A stretch of DNA of 64,000 bases from an uncultured SAR86 cluster bacterium. GTDB lineage: Bacteria; Pseudomonadota; Gammaproteobacteria; Magnimaribacterales; D2472. The notes under the pieces were generated by a model. It had not been told where the DNA came from. It searched no databases and saw only the letters and a program-made list of their open reading frames with translations. This document shows positions 60,624-64,000 of the stretch, one piece after another (position 1 is the stretch's first letter; the number at the start of each line of letters is the position of its first letter). The translations under genes were made by a program, and so were the position numbers. Location of the stretch: contig CACEZB010000004.1 of the NCBI GenBank assembly GCA_902563835.1, positions 342 through 64,341 of the forward strand, given 5' to 3'.

Positions 60624-61076
60624 TTATTTATTTGAGATTCTTTTTGGTGATTTAATCTCAATCATTCTAGGTTTTTTTTCATCAGGAATGATTTTTTCTA
60701 GATTTACAGTTAATAACCCGTTTACTAGTTCTGCTCCTTGAACAACAACATCTTCAGATAATGTGAATTGTTGCTTAAAAGCTCTTTGAGCAATTCCTTG
60801 ATATACAACCTTATTTTCTCCATTTACTACCTCAGTTTTTGGTCCGTCGTAACTTACCGTTAAAACTCCATCGGCAAGCTCGATTTGAATATCATCTTTT
60901 GACAAACCAGCAACTGCAATTTCAATAGCAAAAAAATTACCATCTTTACTTATGTTGTAAGGTGGATAGCTTGAAGAACGATCGTTAGATTCCGAAAGTC
61001 TTTGCAATCTATCAAATAAAGGTTCAAACCCTAATACGCGAGTGGTAAAAAATGGATCAGTAAAATTAAGTATCAT
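60624..61076 (-). CDS. Small heat-shock protein Hsp20 (IbpA-like)
   Basis: GFEPLF, YPPYNI, IEIAVAG, GIAQRAF, NGLL, IPDEKKPRMIEI. Confidence 0.95.
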   Translation of the reverse strand: MILNFTDPFFTTRVLGFEPLFDRLQRLSESNDRSSSYPPYNISKDGNFFAIEIAVAGLSKDDIQIELADGVLTVSYDGPKTEVVNGENKVVYQGIAQRAFKQQFTLSEDVVVQGAELVNGLLTVNLEKIIPDEKKPRMIEIKSPKRISNK

Positions 61077-61163
61077 AATAGTCCTCCTTATAAGCGACTT
61101 TATTTATGTGTATCTTTAAAAAAGCATACACTCGTTAATGCGAGAATCCGTTATGGCATTCTC
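61077..61163 (-). promoter_or_regulatory. ROSE-like RNA thermometer in the hsp20 5' UTR
   Basis: Three hairpins; the last pairs GUCGCUU (ROSE U(U/C)GCU motif) with the SD AGGAGGAC. Confidence 0.75.
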
Positions 61164-61256
61164 ATCAATTAATATTTATAGGCAATTTTAGCTTTTTCAA
61201 CCTTTATTTTTTTTGTTAAATAAAATATGCTTATCTAAATAATTTTTATAATAAAA

Positions 61257-61658
61257 ATGATCAAAAATATAATAACTTTTACATTACTCATAATTTTAAT
61301 CTCTTTCGATATCAATGCAGATGGCGATGAAGTAGTTATAGAAGAAGGGCAAAAATGGTCATTAGAAAAAAGAAGCAATAAATTATCTCCAACAAATAGT
61401 AAAGTCTTATATTTTTTTTCAACTGATGCATATAATACCTATCATGCCAGGATATTTTCAGACTTATATATAGTTGATGGAAGAAATTTAGTAAGACTGA
61501 ATACTGGCGATAAGATAGAAGTCATTCAACCAAAACATCAATCAAGGGTATATGAAGTTAAACTACTATCTGGATATGAAAAGGATAGAAAGTATTTTGT
61601 GATAAAAGAAGATTTGTTAAATGATTATAAATTAGTTGAAAAAACAAATGAAATATAA
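61257..61658 (+). CDS. Hypothetical exported protein
   Basis: 133-aa ORF with signal peptide; overlaps the next gene. Confidence 0.65.
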   Translation: MIKNIITFTLLIILISFDINADGDEVVIEEGQKWSLEKRSNKLSPTNSKVLYFFSTDAYNTYHARIFSDLYIVDGRNLVRLNTGDKIEVIQPKHQSRVYEVKLLSGYEKDRKYFVIKEDLLNDYKLVEKTNEI

Positions 61659-62112
61659 AAAACAATACTATTACTTATGCATGTTATTTTTTATATTTTC
61701 ATGCACAAATATGTCATATCGACCTGATGTTGTAAGCAAATCTGATGCTCAAAAGCAACAATATGTAGTTTTAGGATCTATTTTACAGATAACAAAAGTT
61801 ACCATTGAAGGTGATAGAGAGACGGGTGCTGCTGCCGGGGCATTAATAGGAGCAGCAGCTGGAGAAAGTGTTACTGACTCTGAACCTGAATCGGATATTG
61901 CTGCAATAGTTGGCGGGCTTGTAGGCTCAAAAGTTGGAGCAGAAGTTGGTTCGAATCTTACAAAAAAAGATGGAGTAGAATTATTAATTAAAACTGACAG
62001 TGGAAAGCTGATCTCTATAATTCAAGAAATTAGTAAATATAATTTTGAAATAAATCAAAAAGTACAAATTATTAAAAGAAATGGAAAATCAAGAGTTCTC
62101 CCTTTTGATTGA
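61648..62112 (+). CDS. Outer-membrane lipoprotein with glycine zipper (SlyB/Pcp-like)
   Basis: Lipobox IFSC, GAAAGALIGAAAG and GGLVGSKVG zippers, GVELLIK...IIQ. Confidence 0.85.
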   Translation: MKYKKQYYYLCMLFFIFSCTNMSYRPDVVSKSDAQKQQYVVLGSILQITKVTIEGDRETGAAAGALIGAAAGESVTDSEPESDIAAIVGGLVGSKVGAEVGSNLTKKDGVELLIKTDSGKLISIIQEISKYNFEINQKVQIIKRNGKSRVLPFD

Positions 62113-62552
62113 TGAGCTCTGAATTATCATCTTTAATTTATAATAAAGCATTAGACATTCTTTCAAGAAGAGAGCACTCTGCACATGAGCTAAAATTAAA
62201 ACTACATAAAAAATATGAAGCAATTTCTGAAATTGAAGAAGTTATTACCAAATTAGAAAGCAATAATTTATTAAATGATTTTAGGTTTGCTGAAACATAT
62301 GCTCGTATTAGGAAGAGAAAAGGTTTTGGCCCAAATAAAATTCATTATGAGCTTACAAATAAAGGTATTAAGGAATCCATTTCAAATGAAATAATTTCAG
62401 CTGAAGATGGATGGGCGCATGCCGCATTACAAGCATTTAGAAAAAAATACAGAGATGGAATTTCTGAAGATACAAAAGAAAGATTAAAACAAAAAAACTT
62501 TCTTCATAATCGAGGTTTTAGTTTTAAAGAAATTGAATCAGTTTTTAGTTAG
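62112..62552 (+). CDS. recX: Regulatory protein RecX
   Basis: LSRREHS..EL..KL, LNDFRFA, GFGP, FLHNRGF. Confidence 0.92.
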   Translation: MSSELSSLIYNKALDILSRREHSAHELKLKLHKKYEAISEIEEVITKLESNNLLNDFRFAETYARIRKRKGFGPNKIHYELTNKGIKESISNEIISAEDGWAHAALQAFRKKYRDGISEDTKERLKQKNFLHNRGFSFKEIESVFS

Positions 62553-62573
62553 GACATGTTATGATTTATTGCT

Positions 62574-64000
62574 ATGTCTTATGAGGTTTTAGCAAGAAAA
62601 TATAGACCAACAAACTTTGAGGAAGTTGTTGGACAAGAGCATATTGTCAAAGCTTTAACTAATGGTATCGAGCAACAAAGAATTCACCAAGCATTTATTT
62701 TTTCAGGAACCAGGGGGGTTGGAAAAACAACTCTTGCAAGAATTCTAGCTAAATGTCTAAATTGTGAAAAAAAAGATATCCCCGTTACTATTCCTTGTGA
62801 TAAATGTTCAAATTGCGAAGAAATAAAATCTGGAAGAAATATAGATTTTCTTGAAATTGATGCTGCCTCAAATACACAGGTAGATAAGATTAGGGATCTT
62901 ATTGAGACTGTTGAATATAAGCCAGCTAAAGGAAGGTATAAGGTATATTTAATAGATGAAGTTCACATGCTATCAACTCAGAGTTTTAATGCTCTTTTAA
63001 AAACCCTTGAAGAACCTCCACCTCATGTAATATTTATTTTTGCAACCACAAATCCAGAAAAGATTCCTAAAACAGTTCAATCTAGGTGTTTGCAACTAAA
63101 TTTAAAGACAGTTAATGAAAAACTATTATCTAAACATATTCAAAAAATATTAAAAAAAGAAAAAATAAATTTTGATGATGAAAGTACTTTTATGATCTCT
63201 AGTTCTGCAAAAGGCTCAGTAAGAGATGCTCTTACCTTTTTAGATCAAGCACTTGCTCATGGAAAAGGAGAGCTCAAACAAGATGATGTTAAGAAGCTTT
63301 TAGGAACAATAGATGACTCACTATTAATTGACCTTATTGATGGGGTTGTAGATGGAGACGGCAAAAAAGTCTTTAATACTTTGTATGAAATTGAGCAATT
63401 ATCTCCTGAATACGATTCAATTTTAAAAGATATAATAGCGATGCTTCACCAGATATCATTAGAACAAGTTTTAGAGAATTCCAATATTGATCATATTAAA
63501 GAGATGGCTACAAAGGTTGATAATGAGTTTTGTCAATTATTGTATGAAATAGCTATGAATGCTTATTCTAAATTTAATGTTCATCCCAATCCAAAAGAGG
63601 CATTAGAGATATGTCTTCTAAGAATGTTAACTTTTAATCCATTGAATAAATTATCTGAGAATTCATCAAACAAGCCTATAAAAGAAAAAAAAAATTTAAA
63701 AACAAATAACTTAAAAGAAAAAAAATCAGATAAAACTAAATTACACTCATCAGACAAACCAATCGCCTCTAATGAAGATTGGATTAATTTTTTTAATACA
63801 AAAAAAATGAGCCCATTTGCTAGAAATTATTTCGGAAACATGTCTTTTAAAGATTTTGATGATGGTTCTATGACTTTATTAGTTAATTCTGAGTCTAGTG
63901 AAATACCTGAAAATATTCTCTCAGAATTTAAAGCTATTTTAAAAGAATTATTTTCAAAAGAAGTTGAAGTTAATTTTGAAGTTGGTACTGTAATAGATTC
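62574..64000 (+). CDS. dnaX: DNA polymerase III subunit gamma/tau (runs off the window)
   Basis: Not in the ORF track. Manual translation MSYEVLARKYRP...GTRGVGKTT...EIDAAS...IDEVHML...LKTLEEPP...SRC. Confidence 0.97.
   Translation, partial: MSYEVLARKYRPTNFEEVVGQEHIVKALTNGIEQQRIHQAFIFSGTRGVGKTTLARILAKCLNCEKKDIPVTIPCDKCSNCEEIKSGRNIDFLEIDAASNTQVDKIRDLIETVEYKPAKGRYKVYLIDEVHMLSTQSFNALLKTLEEPPPHVIFIFATTNPEKIPKTVQSRCLQLNLKTVNEKLLSKHIQKILKKEKINFDDESTFMISSSAKGSVRDALTFLDQALAHGKGELKQDDVKKLLGTIDDSLLIDLIDGVVDGDGKKVFNTLYEIEQLSPEYDSILKDIIAMLHQISLEQVLENSNIDHIKEMATKVDNEFCQLLYEIAMNAYSKFNVHPNPKEALEICLLRMLTFNPLNKLSENSSNKPIKEKKNLKTNNLKEKKSDKTKLHSSDKPIASNEDWINFFNTKKMSPFARNYFGNMSFKDFDDGSMTLLVNSESSEIPENILSEFKAILKELFSKEVEVNFEVGTVID

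Noticed and set aside
1-64000. CRISPR arrays, rRNA, IS elements, long tandem repeats
   Set aside because: None seen; intergenic spaces are too short and show no repeat-spacer periodicity

Overview
Gene-dense, strongly AT-rich chromosomal window (roughly 30% GC by eye) with very short intergenic spacers. Its content resembles a streamlined marine gammaproteobacterium of the SAR86 type; this is inferred from the TonB receptors, lipid-catabolic genes and the smc-zipA and ccm gene order. It holds about 57 CDS: folE-maf-queD-cysS, thrS-yidD, two Cys-rich TonB-dependent receptors, metY, a full ccmABCDEFGH(+I-like) operon, smc-zipA-ligase, an M16 peptidase, an alkyl sulfatase, acyl-CoA dehydrogenases, a cytochrome P450, sbcB, pseudoazurin, dsbD, hsp20, recX and a partial dnaX. 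There are three tRNAs (Arg-CCU, Leu-UAG, Val-GAC). No CRISPR array, rRNA, transposase or integrase was seen. Most notable: (1) a 573-aa multipass membrane protein whose motifs resemble eukaryotic PHTF/gustatory-receptor-like seven-transmembrane ion channels (7TMIC); (2) a 732-aa SMC with no recognisable hinge; (3) a phage-type ATP-dependent DNA ligase in the position normally held by NAD-dependent ligA; (4) an unnamed attenuator-like leader (short uORF plus mutually exclusive antiterminator/terminator) upstream of a TonB receptor-P450-MFS cluster; (5) an A10 slippage site in dnaX; and (6) a ROSE-like RNA thermometer before hsp20. All family assignments come from motif recognition, not database searches.
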